Translations under genes and position numbers: made by a program
In this document: piece by piece, positions 48,787 to 58,153 of the stretch
Position numbering within the stretch: position 1 is the stretch's first letter
Layout of the letters: the number at the start of each line of letters is the position of its first letter
Assembly: GCA_050951325.1 (NCBI GenBank)
Contig: JBMNIW010000012.1
Span: forward strand, 576,001-640,000
From: Clostridia bacterium
GTDB taxonomy: Bacteria > Bacillota > Clostridia > UBA1212 > DUPL01
Direction of reading: 5' to 3'
Length of the DNA stretch: 64,000 nucleotides
Notes under the pieces: model-generated
Databases searched by the model: none
What the model saw: only the letters and a program-made list of their open reading frames with translations
Told to the model about the DNA's origin: nothing

Positions 48787-49827
48787 TTATAATGTGAAGC
48801 TATCCCAAGGAATATTTACCGCCTTTTTCTCAGTAAGTATTTCATCAATGTGTAACAGCAGCGGAAATTCCTCTTTCTTTAAAATTCCTTTCTCAATATT
48901 CAACTTTACTACCCTTGCAACTCTTTCAGATATGACCAATGATTCCAATGTCACTCCATCTAATTCTGCCTTGGCTTCGTCAATATCAAGTCCTCTTCCG
49001 AGTAAAATGCCGATCATTCTTGTACGTCCACCGTAAACAGTAACATATAAATCGCCCACACCTACACACAAATTGTCCAAAGTCAAGGCATTCTGAAATT
49101 CCAGCAAACGATACATTTCCTTTACTGCATGACCAAAGACTGCCGCCTGTGAATTAAAATGTATTTCACTGTCCAAACCAAACACCCTCTGATTCAATCC
49201 GATTGTTAATGCAATTCCCAAAGCGTATGCATTTTTTAGGGCAACTGCACTCTCGATGCCAGTTATATCCGTTGAAAGACGAATGTGGTAATAGTCTGTC
49301 TGCAATACTTCCTTTAAATACTTAAGGTCGGCCATGTTTTCTCCACAAAAAGCAACTACTGTCTGATCTTGTGCTACCAGCTCATAACTGGTACATGGTC
49401 CACCAATCGCATTTAAAGAAACATTCTTGCCAAGTTCGTTCAGTTTATCCTTCCAAAAATCAAGATATGTTATCAGTTTGCCATCAGGGCTATCTATAAG
49501 ACCCTTTGTTACAGCAAGCATTTTCACATTCTCTGGCAAAACTGGCAGTACTTTTTCTGCAAACCACGTCACTCCAAAACTACTCACGCCGCAGATAACA
49601 ACATCAGTTCCCAAAAGGGCACTTTCCAGCTCTTCTATCTGATAAAAGTCAATTCCTTCAGGAAACTCTTTGTTAAATTTTGGATGTTTGTTTTCTATCT
49701 TGCAGCGGTTGATAATTTCTCTATCGAGATGTGTTCCAACAATTCTTACCTCATTGCCATTCTCCCTTGCAGGGAACGCAAGTGCAGAACCCATCATGCC
49801 AGAACCTACTATTGTTACTAATGCCAT
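48787..49827 (-). CDS. NAD(P)H-dependent glycerol-3-phosphate dehydrogenase family protein (divergent GpsA-like)
   Basis: GSGMMGSAL, TKGL, GGP, ALKNAYA, GVGDLYVT, GGR. Confidence 0.78.
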   Translation of the reverse strand: MALVTIVGSGMMGSALAFPARENGNEVRIVGTHLDREIINRCKIENKHPKFNKEFPEGIDFYQIEELESALLGTDVVICGVSSFGVTWFAEKVLPVLPENVKMLAVTKGLIDSPDGKLITYLDFWKDKLNELGKNVSLNAIGGPCTSYELVAQDQTVVAFCGENMADLKYLKEVLQTDYYHIRLSTDITGIESAVALKNAYALGIALTIGLNQRVFGLDSEIHFNSQAAVFGHAVKEMYRLLEFQNALTLDNLCVGVGDLYVTVYGGRTRMIGILLGRGLDIDEAKAELDGVTLESLVISERVARVVKLNIEKGILKKEEFPLLLHIDEILTEKKAVNIPWDSFTL

Positions 49828-49898
49828 TTCATCACCATCTAATTTATATTTTACAAATATTGTAGAATCAGCTGAAAACTATGTCAATAAAGTTATAT

Positions 49899-50732
49899 TC
49901 ATTTTGACACTTCTTCAAAATGAACGACATATACCACACCACAGCCGTTTTTCCAGTCATTACCCATGATGTATGTTTTACCTTTAACTATATTAATATT
50001 TTCAGGTTCAACTCCGTCAGGCACATCCAAAGGTATGGCCCAAACCAAATTGCAATCAAAGTCGTAAACGCGTATTTCTGCTTGGTATCCGTTTTGCGAG
50101 GACCTTACAAAGTAGATATACTCATCGTCGCAATAAACTCCTTGGGAAAGGCTTCCCGGTGCCTCTACCGATACGGATTTTACAAGATTCAGATCCCCAT
50201 CCCATATATCCAGAGTTTCTCCTGCCCATTCACCGGAAGCATACATGTCTCTGCCTTCACTGTATGCCATGGCAAAGAAAGGTTTGGGCAGATCCGCAGT
50301 TTCAATAATTTCAAAGGTGTCTGGATCAACAAAGGAATATCTGTAATAATGATCATCGGGGGACTGACAGTGAGATACAAGAAACATTTTCTTCTTTGAG
50401 TTGTATGTAATATTGTTTGCATGATCCAATTCCAGAATGTCACTTACCTTGATTATCTTACCCTTCTTGTCAAGAACGTGAATTTTAGTAAGTTCATATC
50501 CTTGCGAATCTTTTTTAATCATGGCTACATAGAATTTCTCGCCGTCGAAATATCCGCCCTGCATTATATAGTAGCCTGGATCTTCAGGGATAAAGATAAA
50601 GAGTTTTTCTACTGTCGCTCTGTACTCTTGGTCTTTAGAAAGCTTTTGTATTCCCAGCTCTTTACTGCAGCCAACTGTAATAATCGAAAAGAAGCCTAGA
50701 AGTACAGCTGTCATAACTTTTATAGTTTTCAT
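49899..50732 (-). CDS. Lipoprotein, probable beta-propeller
   Basis: Lipobox TVGC; MQG, LDHANNITY, SQG, EPE repeats. Confidence 0.65.
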   Translation of the reverse strand: MKTIKVMTAVLLGFFSIITVGCSKELGIQKLSKDQEYRATVEKLFIFIPEDPGYYIMQGGYFDGEKFYVAMIKKDSQGYELTKIHVLDKKGKIIKVSDILELDHANNITYNSKKKMFLVSHCQSPDDHYYRYSFVDPDTFEIIETADLPKPFFAMAYSEGRDMYASGEWAGETLDIWDGDLNLVKSVSVEAPGSLSQGVYCDDEYIYFVRSSQNGYQAEIRVYDFDCNLVWAIPLDVPDGVEPENINIVKGKTYIMGNDWKNGCGVVYVVHFEEVSK

Positions 50733-50805
50733 AGTAAAAATCACTCCTGAACCAAACTGCATGTCAATTTTATCACATGTTCATGTGTATTACTATTAAA
50801 GAATA

Positions 50806-50835
50806 AAAAAAAAGGCCATATAAAATTGGCCTTCT
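50806..50835 (-). terminator. Terminator downstream of tRNA-Lys
   Basis: AAGGCCA..TGGCCTT hairpin with long T run on the minus strand. Confidence 0.7.
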
Positions 50836-50838
50836 TCC

Positions 50839-50914
50839 TGGTGCACCTTCAGGGACTCGAACCCGGGACCCACTGATTAAGAGTCAGTTGCTCTACCATC
50901 TGAGCTAAAGGTGC
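50839..50914 (-). tRNA. tRNA-Lys (anticodon CTT)
   Basis: GCACCTTTAGCTCAGATGGTAGAGCAACTGACTCTTAATCAGTGGGTCCCGGGTTCGAGTCCCTGAAGGTGCACCA: cloverleaf with encoded CCA. Confidence 0.97.
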
Positions 50915-50939
50915 ATGTGCTGTTCAAACAGCAAAATAA

Positions 50940-50968
50940 ATTATACACCTAAAATAAGCTTGTGTCAA
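50940..50968 (-). promoter_or_regulatory. Consensus sigma-A promoter of tRNA-Lys
   Basis: TTGACA-17 bp-TATAAT on the minus strand. Confidence 0.85.
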
Positions 50969-51017
50969 TAACTTTTTTTAAAATGCTGTCCTTACTAGGT
51001 TGTAAATTTTCTAATAC

Positions 51018-51051
51018 AAAAAAAGCAACACCATGGTTACCATGGTGTTGC
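51018..51051 (-). terminator. Terminator of the ABC operon
   Basis: GCAACACCATGG-tta-CCATGGTGTTGC with T run on the minus strand. Confidence 0.8.
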
Positions 51052-51070
51052 ATCTGGATTGTCTGTAGGT

Positions 51071-51826
51071 TTACAGTTCCTGTTTTTCAAAGGAGACAAT
51101 ACCAAGGACAAGAAATAATACAGTACATCCAATACATGTAAGCAGAGGGATGAGAAGATTTTCATAATTTCCGGAGAGTGCCGTAATTGAATTGTCCAAA
51201 AGCATTGCTGGTGTAAACTTGTTTACATATGGTATGGCAGCCAGAATAAATACGGCTATATATACTCCAAAACCAATCAAACAGGAGACAATAGTGTTTT
51301 TTCCAATACAACTTGCAAAAATTGCTCCGGCGGCAAACATAATACCTATAAGATAAAACAAACCAAATGATGCTATTGTATGTTTGTTTATGCTTTCGTT
51401 AATCAAAACTTTAATCATTGCAGCAAAGGCTGCAGAGGAAACAACATATACAACAGTGTACCAAATTACATATGAGATGTATTTTGCAAGAACAAAAGTT
51501 GGTCTTGATATGTTCTTGGTCAGTGTAAGAATCGCAGTCCCTTTCTTCTTTTCCCTTACAACTGCAAGGCACGTAATGAAAATTAATGCCAGAAACCCTG
51601 ATTGAAATTGATTTCCGTAGTACTGTGTATAGTATGACGCTAATGACATGTCAAACTGTTCAGCAGCACCAGGCAAACCAGACAACTCAAGGAGCTTTGG
51701 CATATAGTAGTAAAGAATAGGGGACATAAAACTGTTGACAATAAACAGGGCAAGCAATATCAATAGCTTCCATGTTTTTACGAATTCCTTCAGTTCTTTT
51801 TTCAGGAAAACAATAAAGTTATTCAT
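51071..51826 (-). CDS. ABC-2 type permease
   Basis: KKELKE start, EKKKGT..LTK..SR..FVLAK, FEKQEL end. Confidence 0.85.
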   Translation of the reverse strand: MNNFIVFLKKELKEFVKTWKLLILLALFIVNSFMSPILYYYMPKLLELSGLPGAAEQFDMSLASYYTQYYGNQFQSGFLALIFITCLAVVREKKKGTAILTLTKNISRPTFVLAKYISYVIWYTVVYVVSSAAFAAMIKVLINESINKHTIASFGLFYLIGIMFAAGAIFASCIGKNTIVSCLIGFGVYIAVFILAAIPYVNKFTPAMLLDNSITALSGNYENLLIPLLTCIGCTVLFLVLGIVSFEKQEL

Positions 51827-52748
51827 GTGACACAACCTCCAGGAATATTGATTCAAGTCTTCTTGTCTGCACGTTGTAATTCATAAGCGCCAATGAGTGC
51901 TCATTGATTAATGCTGGTATTTCACGGCCTGCCAACATGTCGTCCAATGCAACAATCTGAATAATTCCGTTCTGATTTCTCCCTACAGACTTTATATACT
52001 CTTTGTTTTCAAGGGTGGAGACGAGTGTATTAATAGATTCATCTTCTCCCTTGACTGACATATTTATAATATGCTCTGCTTGTTTCGCAGTCAGTTCGTT
52101 TATTTCTGTGTTTACTTTCAGCACTCCTTTATCCATTATTAAAACAGTATCACAAACCCTTTCAACGTCTGCTATGATATGTGTTGAGAATAAAACAGTA
52201 ACTTTACCCTTCAATGATAGAATCAAATCAAAAATCGCTTTTCTTCCTATAGGGTCCAATGCGGATGCGGGTTCGTCAAGCAGCACAACGGATGGATCTC
52301 CAATAAGAGCCTGGGCAATACCAAGCCGTTGCTTCATACCTCTTGAATAACCCTTTATCTTTGTCTTAACACCACTCAGCCCAAAACGTTCAAGTAATTC
52401 AGCAGTTCTTTTCCTTATGTCTTCTTTGTCCATTTGTAACAGTTTGCCGCAAAAATGTAGATACTGTTCTGCTGTCATCCAATCATAAAACCCTGGCACG
52501 TCAGGCAAATATCCTACATGCAGCTTTCTTTCAAGTCCGCTTTTAACCTTCACTCCATTTACAAAAAGCTCACCTGACGTAGGCTTGATAAGTCCCATTA
52601 GCATTTTTATTGTTGTAGTTTTGCCAGCACCGTTTGGTCCTACAAAACCGCAAATCGTTCCTTTTGGCAACTTTACTGACAAGTTGTCAACAGCAGTCAC
52701 ATCGCCAAATTTTTTTGTCACGTTGTTTATCTCAATTGCATATTCCAT
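51819..52748 (-). CDS. ABC transporter ATP-binding protein
   Basis: GPNGAGKTT, YSRGMKQR, LLDEP. Confidence 0.92.
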   Translation of the reverse strand: MEYAIEINNVTKKFGDVTAVDNLSVKLPKGTICGFVGPNGAGKTTTIKMLMGLIKPTSGELFVNGVKVKSGLERKLHVGYLPDVPGFYDWMTAEQYLHFCGKLLQMDKEDIRKRTAELLERFGLSGVKTKIKGYSRGMKQRLGIAQALIGDPSVVLLDEPASALDPIGRKAIFDLILSLKGKVTVLFSTHIIADVERVCDTVLIMDKGVLKVNTEINELTAKQAEHIINMSVKGEDESINTLVSTLENKEYIKSVGRNQNGIIQIVALDDMLAGREIPALINEHSLALMNYNVQTRRLESIFLEVVSHE

Positions 52749-52752
52749 AAAC

Positions 52753-54021
52753 TCACTCCTTTGTTCTTAAAACTTTGATAAGTTCTTTTATCTTTGGTGG
52801 CTTGCCGTACATTAAGACACCAACCCTGTAAATTTTAGCAGCAATATAACCTGTAAGAAGAATTGTTGCAATTAGGATGGCAATTGAAAGAGCTATTTCC
52901 CACATCGGTACCGATGTCATAATAATTCTAAGAAACATACACATAGGTGAGAAGAAAGGTATGAAAGAGAATACTCTGACAACGATGCCTTTTGGATTAA
53001 CAAGGTTTACCATACTCACAAGAAAACCTGCCATATACAGGAATGTTACAGGCAAAATACTTGTGTTAACATCTTCAATCCTGCTTACAAGCGAGCCTAC
53101 AGCGCCATAGATAAAGGCATACAGGAAGAAGCCGAGCAGGAAAAACAGTATTGTGTAAAACAGTACATCAGCGGGCATGTCAAACAATGATGTTACCAAT
53201 GGGTACTTGCTCCATGTACTCTCATTTATTTTATAGAATCCAAAGGAAACACCCATTATGGCAACCAGTTGCGTAAGACCTGCAGTACCTGAGCCAAGAA
53301 TCTTGCCAAACATGAAGTTGAGAGGTTTGGCTGATGATATTAGCAGCTCCATTGCCCTTGAGCTCTTCTCGGTGGCAACAGAAGTAGCTACAAGCTGTCC
53401 GTAAAGATTCACCGCAATATACAGGAACATAAGCAGGATGTATGCATAAAGGAAGGTTTGTTCAGCACTTTTGCCAAGTTCAATCAAATTGGATTTCACG
53501 GTACTTGCCAAAATTCTTTGGATTTCTTCCAATGATACCCCTTGATTTTGCAGTTCGGTAATCTTGTAGTTGTACTCAAGAACGCTTGCTATCTGCTGCG
53601 TCAAGGTGTTGGTAATCACATAATCCTTTACATAAAGGTCAAACTCAAGTGGTTTTGACATAACCAAAGCTGCGTAATATTCCTCTTTGTTAACCTTGTC
53701 TTTAAGTTCATCCAGATTGCTGTCTTCGGCAATAAAGTCATAATTAGGCAGGCTCAAGTTCAGAACTTCTTCTATCTGCACCCCTGAATTATTAATAACA
53801 GCAACCTTCAATTTATCAGTACCAACAGGATCCGTACCAGGCTCATCGCCGGGTATGTCTTCGCTTTTGAACATACCAATAACTGTCGGAGTTGTTAAAA
53901 CAACCGCTATAACCACCATGATTATGATTGTGGTGATTAAATACACTTTATTCTTAAGTATTCCCATATACTCATAGGAAAATATGGTCTTGAACTGTTC
54001 CCAATCCCGTTTTTTTATCAT
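52753..54021 (-). CDS. ABC-2 permease, NatB/YhaP-like
   Basis: EKSSRAMELLISS, GKILG, SFIPFFSP, YRVGVLMYG. Confidence 0.87.
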   Translation of the reverse strand: MIKKRDWEQFKTIFSYEYMGILKNKVYLITTIIIMVVIAVVLTTPTVIGMFKSEDIPGDEPGTDPVGTDKLKVAVINNSGVQIEEVLNLSLPNYDFIAEDSNLDELKDKVNKEEYYAALVMSKPLEFDLYVKDYVITNTLTQQIASVLEYNYKITELQNQGVSLEEIQRILASTVKSNLIELGKSAEQTFLYAYILLMFLYIAVNLYGQLVATSVATEKSSRAMELLISSAKPLNFMFGKILGSGTAGLTQLVAIMGVSFGFYKINESTWSKYPLVTSLFDMPADVLFYTILFFLLGFFLYAFIYGAVGSLVSRIEDVNTSILPVTFLYMAGFLVSMVNLVNPKGIVVRVFSFIPFFSPMCMFLRIIMTSVPMWEIALSIAILIATILLTGYIAAKIYRVGVLMYGKPPKIKELIKVLRTKE

Positions 54022-54953
54022 ATGGCGTCACCTGCCTTATCCACAAATATCTCCTCCAAGGTGGGCTCAATAACATGAAAATCATCTATTTCGTAGTTTG
54101 CATCAACAAACATTCTAAGCATTGCATCCTTGGAGACATCGTCCTTTAGCTTCATAATAAATGAATAAGCTTCCTTCTCTGTATTTGCGCCAGCTTTTTG
54201 AGCCTCGAATGACATCACATGGTCGTCTACAAAGTTCTTAATACTCTCAATATTTTGAGGTTTGGTAAAGGATACAAAAACATTGTCGTTCGGATAACTC
54301 TTCTTAATATTGAAAATGCTGTCGTGCAATACAATCGTACCACGGTTCAAAAGAGCTATCCTGTCACAGAATTCCTCTACATAATTCATCTGATGGCTTG
54401 AGAAGATCACAATTTTGCCGTCATCAACAAGCTCTTTAACAATGTTTTTTAGCAATACGGCATTTACCGGATCAAGTCCACTAAAAGGCTCATCAAGAAT
54501 CACAATATCCGGATCATTAACAAGGCTAGCTGCCAGCTGTATTTTCTGCTGGTTTCCCTTTGAAAGGGTATTTAACTTTTTGCTAAACTGATCCTCCAAA
54601 CCAAGTCGTTCAAGCCACTTTACTGTATTAGCCTTTGCATCCTTCGTACTGAGACCTTTTAGTCTTGCCAGATAAATAAGCTGGCTTCCAATTGGCTTTT
54701 TGGGGTAAAGACCTCTTTCCTCCGGCAGATAGCCAATGCTGTAATTCTCTGGATAAAATGTCTTGTTGTCAAGAAGGATACTGCCTTCGTCAGCGTTGAA
54801 GAACCTCATTATAATTCTCATAATGGTGGTTTTCCCGGCTCCGTTCCTGCCTAGTAGCCCTAATGCAGACCCACTGCTTGCAGAAAAGCTCACATCTTTC
54901 AAGACTCCTTTGGTTCCAAAGCTCTTGTATACGTTCTTAACTTCTAATGTCAT
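54018..54953 (-). CDS. ABC transporter ATP-binding protein, YhaQ-like
   Basis: GRNGAGKTT, GYLPEERGLYPK, LSKGNQQK, DEPFSGLDPVN. Confidence 0.92.
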   Translation of the reverse strand: MTLEVKNVYKSFGTKGVLKDVSFSASSGSALGLLGRNGAGKTTIMRIIMRFFNADEGSILLDNKTFYPENYSIGYLPEERGLYPKKPIGSQLIYLARLKGLSTKDAKANTVKWLERLGLEDQFSKKLNTLSKGNQQKIQLAASLVNDPDIVILDEPFSGLDPVNAVLLKNIVKELVDDGKIVIFSSHQMNYVEEFCDRIALLNRGTIVLHDSIFNIKKSYPNDNVFVSFTKPQNIESIKNFVDDHVMSFEAQKAGANTEKEAYSFIMKLKDDVSKDAMLRMFVDANYEIDDFHVIEPTLEEIFVDKAGDAI

Positions 54954-55028
54954 GAGAGGCTCCTTTCTGTGTTTTAGAATATTTTACACAATAAGTGGAA
55001 AATTGTCCATAATATAATAGAAGCAAAA

Positions 55029-55057
55029 AGAAAGGCAGCCAATCAGGCTACCTTTCG
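55029..55057 (-). terminator. Probable terminator
   Basis: GAAAGGCAGCC..GGCTACCTTTC hairpin. Confidence 0.6.
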
Positions 55058-55090
55058 GTTGAGTTTATTACATTTTTTTCAGGTAGGTAT

Positions 55091-55996
55091 TTATTGGTCC
55101 TTTTTTCTTGTTACAAAGTAAACAACAACAGCTGCAACGATGATAACACCTATAACGATTGCGGCAATTACTGGTGCGCCAACGCCACCCTTGTCAGTGT
55201 CGTCATCCTTGTCTTCGTCCTTGTCGGTTGGAGCAGGAGTTTCTTCTGGCTCTGGGGTAGTTTCCTCCTCAAGGGTGATAGTGCCGAGCTTCAAGCTGCC
55301 GATATGGAATGGATTTTCTACATCAGATACAAAATTATCTGGAGCTCCGATTTGTGCCCATCCCTTGTTGTCACGGATAAGGAATGCGGAGAGACCCCAG
55401 GTTTGTCCAGCTTCAAGTTTCTTATCGGAAGCATCAATGTCTCCATCTTTTACTTGCAGATATTTTACGGGTATCATGAACTCGAGAACAGTAGAGCCGT
55501 CATCTTCGACTTCGATCGCATAATCAATATCTTCAAGATCTGCTTGCGAACCGCTGGCTTCTGAGTTGCCCACTGTGCCATGGTTGTGGATTGTAAATCT
55601 TATTTTATCCGTTGCATCGAAGAAGAATGAGAAGAACAAACCTTGTTGGTCGTCTCCCAGTACATCCCAAGGGTTCATGTCGAACTGTGGGAATAACTTG
55701 TTGTCACCCCAGTCGCCTTCTTCAACCTTAAGCTCGTAAGCAATATACAGACCTTCTTCAGTCCAGTTTATGTAGAAGCTGAATGGAAGTGGGTCTACAT
55801 CGTATGATGAACTAAATGCGACGGTGTTGTCCTTGTTGAATTCATACTTTGTTCCGTATTCACCTTCAGAAATCTTGCCATCAATAGTAGCAGCACCTGC
55901 TTTTGCCTTGTATGCTGGAGCTTCAGCATGCACAGACATTACAGCCATCGAAAGAATCAATGACAAAACCATTAAAACTGTCAATAATTTTCTCAT
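55091..55996 (-). CDS. Secreted, C-terminally anchored protein with DOMON/CBM9-like domain
   Basis: Signal peptide ending VHA; ATIDGKISEGEY..INWTEEGLYIA..LEFMIP; P/T/E/D linker; C-terminal TM + RKK. Confidence 0.7.
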   Translation of the reverse strand: MRKLLTVLMVLSLILSMAVMSVHAEAPAYKAKAGAATIDGKISEGEYGTKYEFNKDNTVAFSSSYDVDPLPFSFYINWTEEGLYIAYELKVEEGDWGDNKLFPQFDMNPWDVLGDDQQGLFFSFFFDATDKIRFTIHNHGTVGNSEASGSQADLEDIDYAIEVEDDGSTVLEFMIPVKYLQVKDGDIDASDKKLEAGQTWGLSAFLIRDNKGWAQIGAPDNFVSDVENPFHIGSLKLGTITLEEETTPEPEETPAPTDKDEDKDDDTDKGGVGAPVIAAIVIGVIIVAAVVVYFVTRKKDQ

Positions 55997-56221
55997 TTAA
56001 TTTACCTCCTGTAACTAATATTCGGTCTAATATTAACACAGCGACATATACATGTCAAATAAAATATAATTTATTGAACTTAAAAAAACATTATGATATG
56101 ATATAGAAAAAATAAACAATTGATAAAATTCAAGCAATGGAGTTACTAGCCATTATATACTAAAAACAGCTTGAATCAAGCAGGGTTTAGAGCAATATTT
56201 GCGGAAGAGGTTGTCTGCCAA

Positions 56222-58153
56222 ATGTACATAAGACGAAGCAATTTGAATGTGGCTGTCCAATATTTATTCGTTATAACTTTTATACTGGCTTTTGTGTTTG
56301 TTCCAAACAAGGAAGAGAACATAAAGGCTACTAACTTGGTGCTTGTTTTGGATCCAGGTCATGGTGGTAGCGACCCGGGAGCAGTATACTACTACGACGG
56401 TATCCCCATTAAAGAAGCCGAATTGGATATGAAAATTGCACTGGCAGTAAGACAGGAGCTTTTGAAATATGAAGGAGTTTCCGTATTCTTGACGAGAGAA
56501 GACAACTCCAAATACCTTACATTGGACGAACGCGTCAATATCGCATCATCATTGAATGCCGATGCCATAATAAGCATACATAACAACGCATCAACAAACC
56601 AGCAAGCTCATGGTGCAGAGGTAATGGTCCCCTCGGGTAACGACGGATCTGGCCTTCACTTAATATCAAAAGCCCTGGGTGATTCAATACTTGATGAATT
56701 GACAAATCTGGGAATACATAGAAGAGGGCTGATGCAAAGAATATCCTCTACATATAAATATAAAAATGGAAAACCTGCTGATTACTATGGGATAATAAGG
56801 CACAGCATGAATAACTCCCTTCCAGGAATCATTGTCGAATGTGCATTTCTTAGCAATGAAAACGACTATAGAACGTTTCTTAATACCGATGAGAAACTTG
56901 AAAAGATTGGACAAGCAGTGGGCAGGGGTATCGCCAATTATTACGGTCTCATAGAAGGAGACAACCAAATGAACTCATTGGGCGATCTAAATCAGGACAC
57001 CTTCATTTCCGCTTATGATGCATATTTGCTAAACAAGCAAATAGGTCTTGGCCAGGTAGGAGATGCTGCCATATCAGACGTGAACTCTGACGGAGTAGTG
57101 AATATTCTTGATGTAAAGGAGATTCTTGAGTTCTCTGCTGGCCTTAGAAATGATTTCTCAGGTGGTGTTACCCGGGCCATATTAAAGCCTGGACAAGTGG
57201 CAGCAGGAATAATCATGACCCAGGAGGATGATCCTTACCTGAATGTAAGGACTGGTCCTGGTGTTTCCTATCCTGCAATCGGAGCATACAACAAAGGCAC
57301 ATATATCTACATTACCAGCGGACTGGGTGACAAGTGGTGCTATGCAAGAGGCACATGCGTGTTCTCTGGCAAAATCATTGAAGGCTACAGCAGCATGGCA
57401 TACATTGATGTTATTGAAAAGGAAGTAGAAGACACTGATTTTGAAGTGCAAATAAGTGGACCGAGCATTTCATTAAGCAATGATGAAGTTACCTCCGGTT
57501 GCATTGCAATACAGTTTAACTCGGACCATATTGAGATTGAGAGTATCGAAACAGATATGGAATATGTTACAACATTCGGCGAAAGTGGTGTTTTGAAGAT
57601 ATATTTCATTAATTCAAGCAACTTAAGCGATACAATTAACATATGCTTTGCAAGCATGGATTCAAGTGTGGATAAGGCGGATGTGACTTTAAGTTTTGCT
57701 GAATTGACTGATATTGAAGGGAAAGAGCTGACGACAGAGCCAGAGACAATAACGCTGACTTTTGCAGAACCCATGCCCTTTGATCTAGAGATAAAAGATA
57801 GCTATGTGTATGGCTTTGAATGTGGTTTTACTGTCGGTGAAATACTTGAAAAATGCAAAGTTGTAGAAGAAGTATTTCTGGAAAACGGTGAGAATGCACA
57901 AGAGGATACGTTGCTTGCTACCGGGATGAAAGTTTCTATGGACGCCTCTGTTTATATTGTAGTAATTTTTGGAGATGTAAATGGTGATGGAATAGTAGAC
58001 ATATGCGACATTGAAAGCATTCAAAAACACCTGCTTGAAGCAAGTGTTCTTGATGGAGCGTATTACAATGCAGCTGATATAAATTGCGACAGTGCTATCA
58101 ATGCCTTGGACATAGGTGCATGTCAAAAGTTCATCTACGAATCCTCACCGTAA
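56222..58153 (+). CDS. N-acetylmuramoyl-L-alanine amidase (Amidase_3) with SH3b and two dockerin-like domains
   Basis: LDPGHGG.DPGA, E, SIHNN, IVECAF; LNVRTGPG; GDLNQD/DVNSDG and GDVNGDG/DINCD pairs. Confidence 0.87.
   Translation: MYIRRSNLNVAVQYLFVITFILAFVFVPNKEENIKATNLVLVLDPGHGGSDPGAVYYYDGIPIKEAELDMKIALAVRQELLKYEGVSVFLTREDNSKYLTLDERVNIASSLNADAIISIHNNASTNQQAHGAEVMVPSGNDGSGLHLISKALGDSILDELTNLGIHRRGLMQRISSTYKYKNGKPADYYGIIRHSMNNSLPGIIVECAFLSNENDYRTFLNTDEKLEKIGQAVGRGIANYYGLIEGDNQMNSLGDLNQDTFISAYDAYLLNKQIGLGQVGDAAISDVNSDGVVNILDVKEILEFSAGLRNDFSGGVTRAILKPGQVAAGIIMTQEDDPYLNVRTGPGVSYPAIGAYNKGTYIYITSGLGDKWCYARGTCVFSGKIIEGYSSMAYIDVIEKEVEDTDFEVQISGPSISLSNDEVTSGCIAIQFNSDHIEIESIETDMEYVTTFGESGVLKIYFINSSNLSDTINICFASMDSSVDKADVTLSFAELTDIEGKELTTEPETITLTFAEPMPFDLEIKDSYVYGFECGFTVGEILEKCKVVEEVFLENGENAQEDTLLATGMKVSMDASVYIVVIFGDVNGDGIVDICDIESIQKHLLEASVLDGAYYNAADINCDSAINALDIGACQKFIYESSP

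Noticed and set aside
47800-50840. Prophage or integrative element at tRNA-Lys
   Set aside because: No integrase, phage genes or duplicated tRNA 3' end seen
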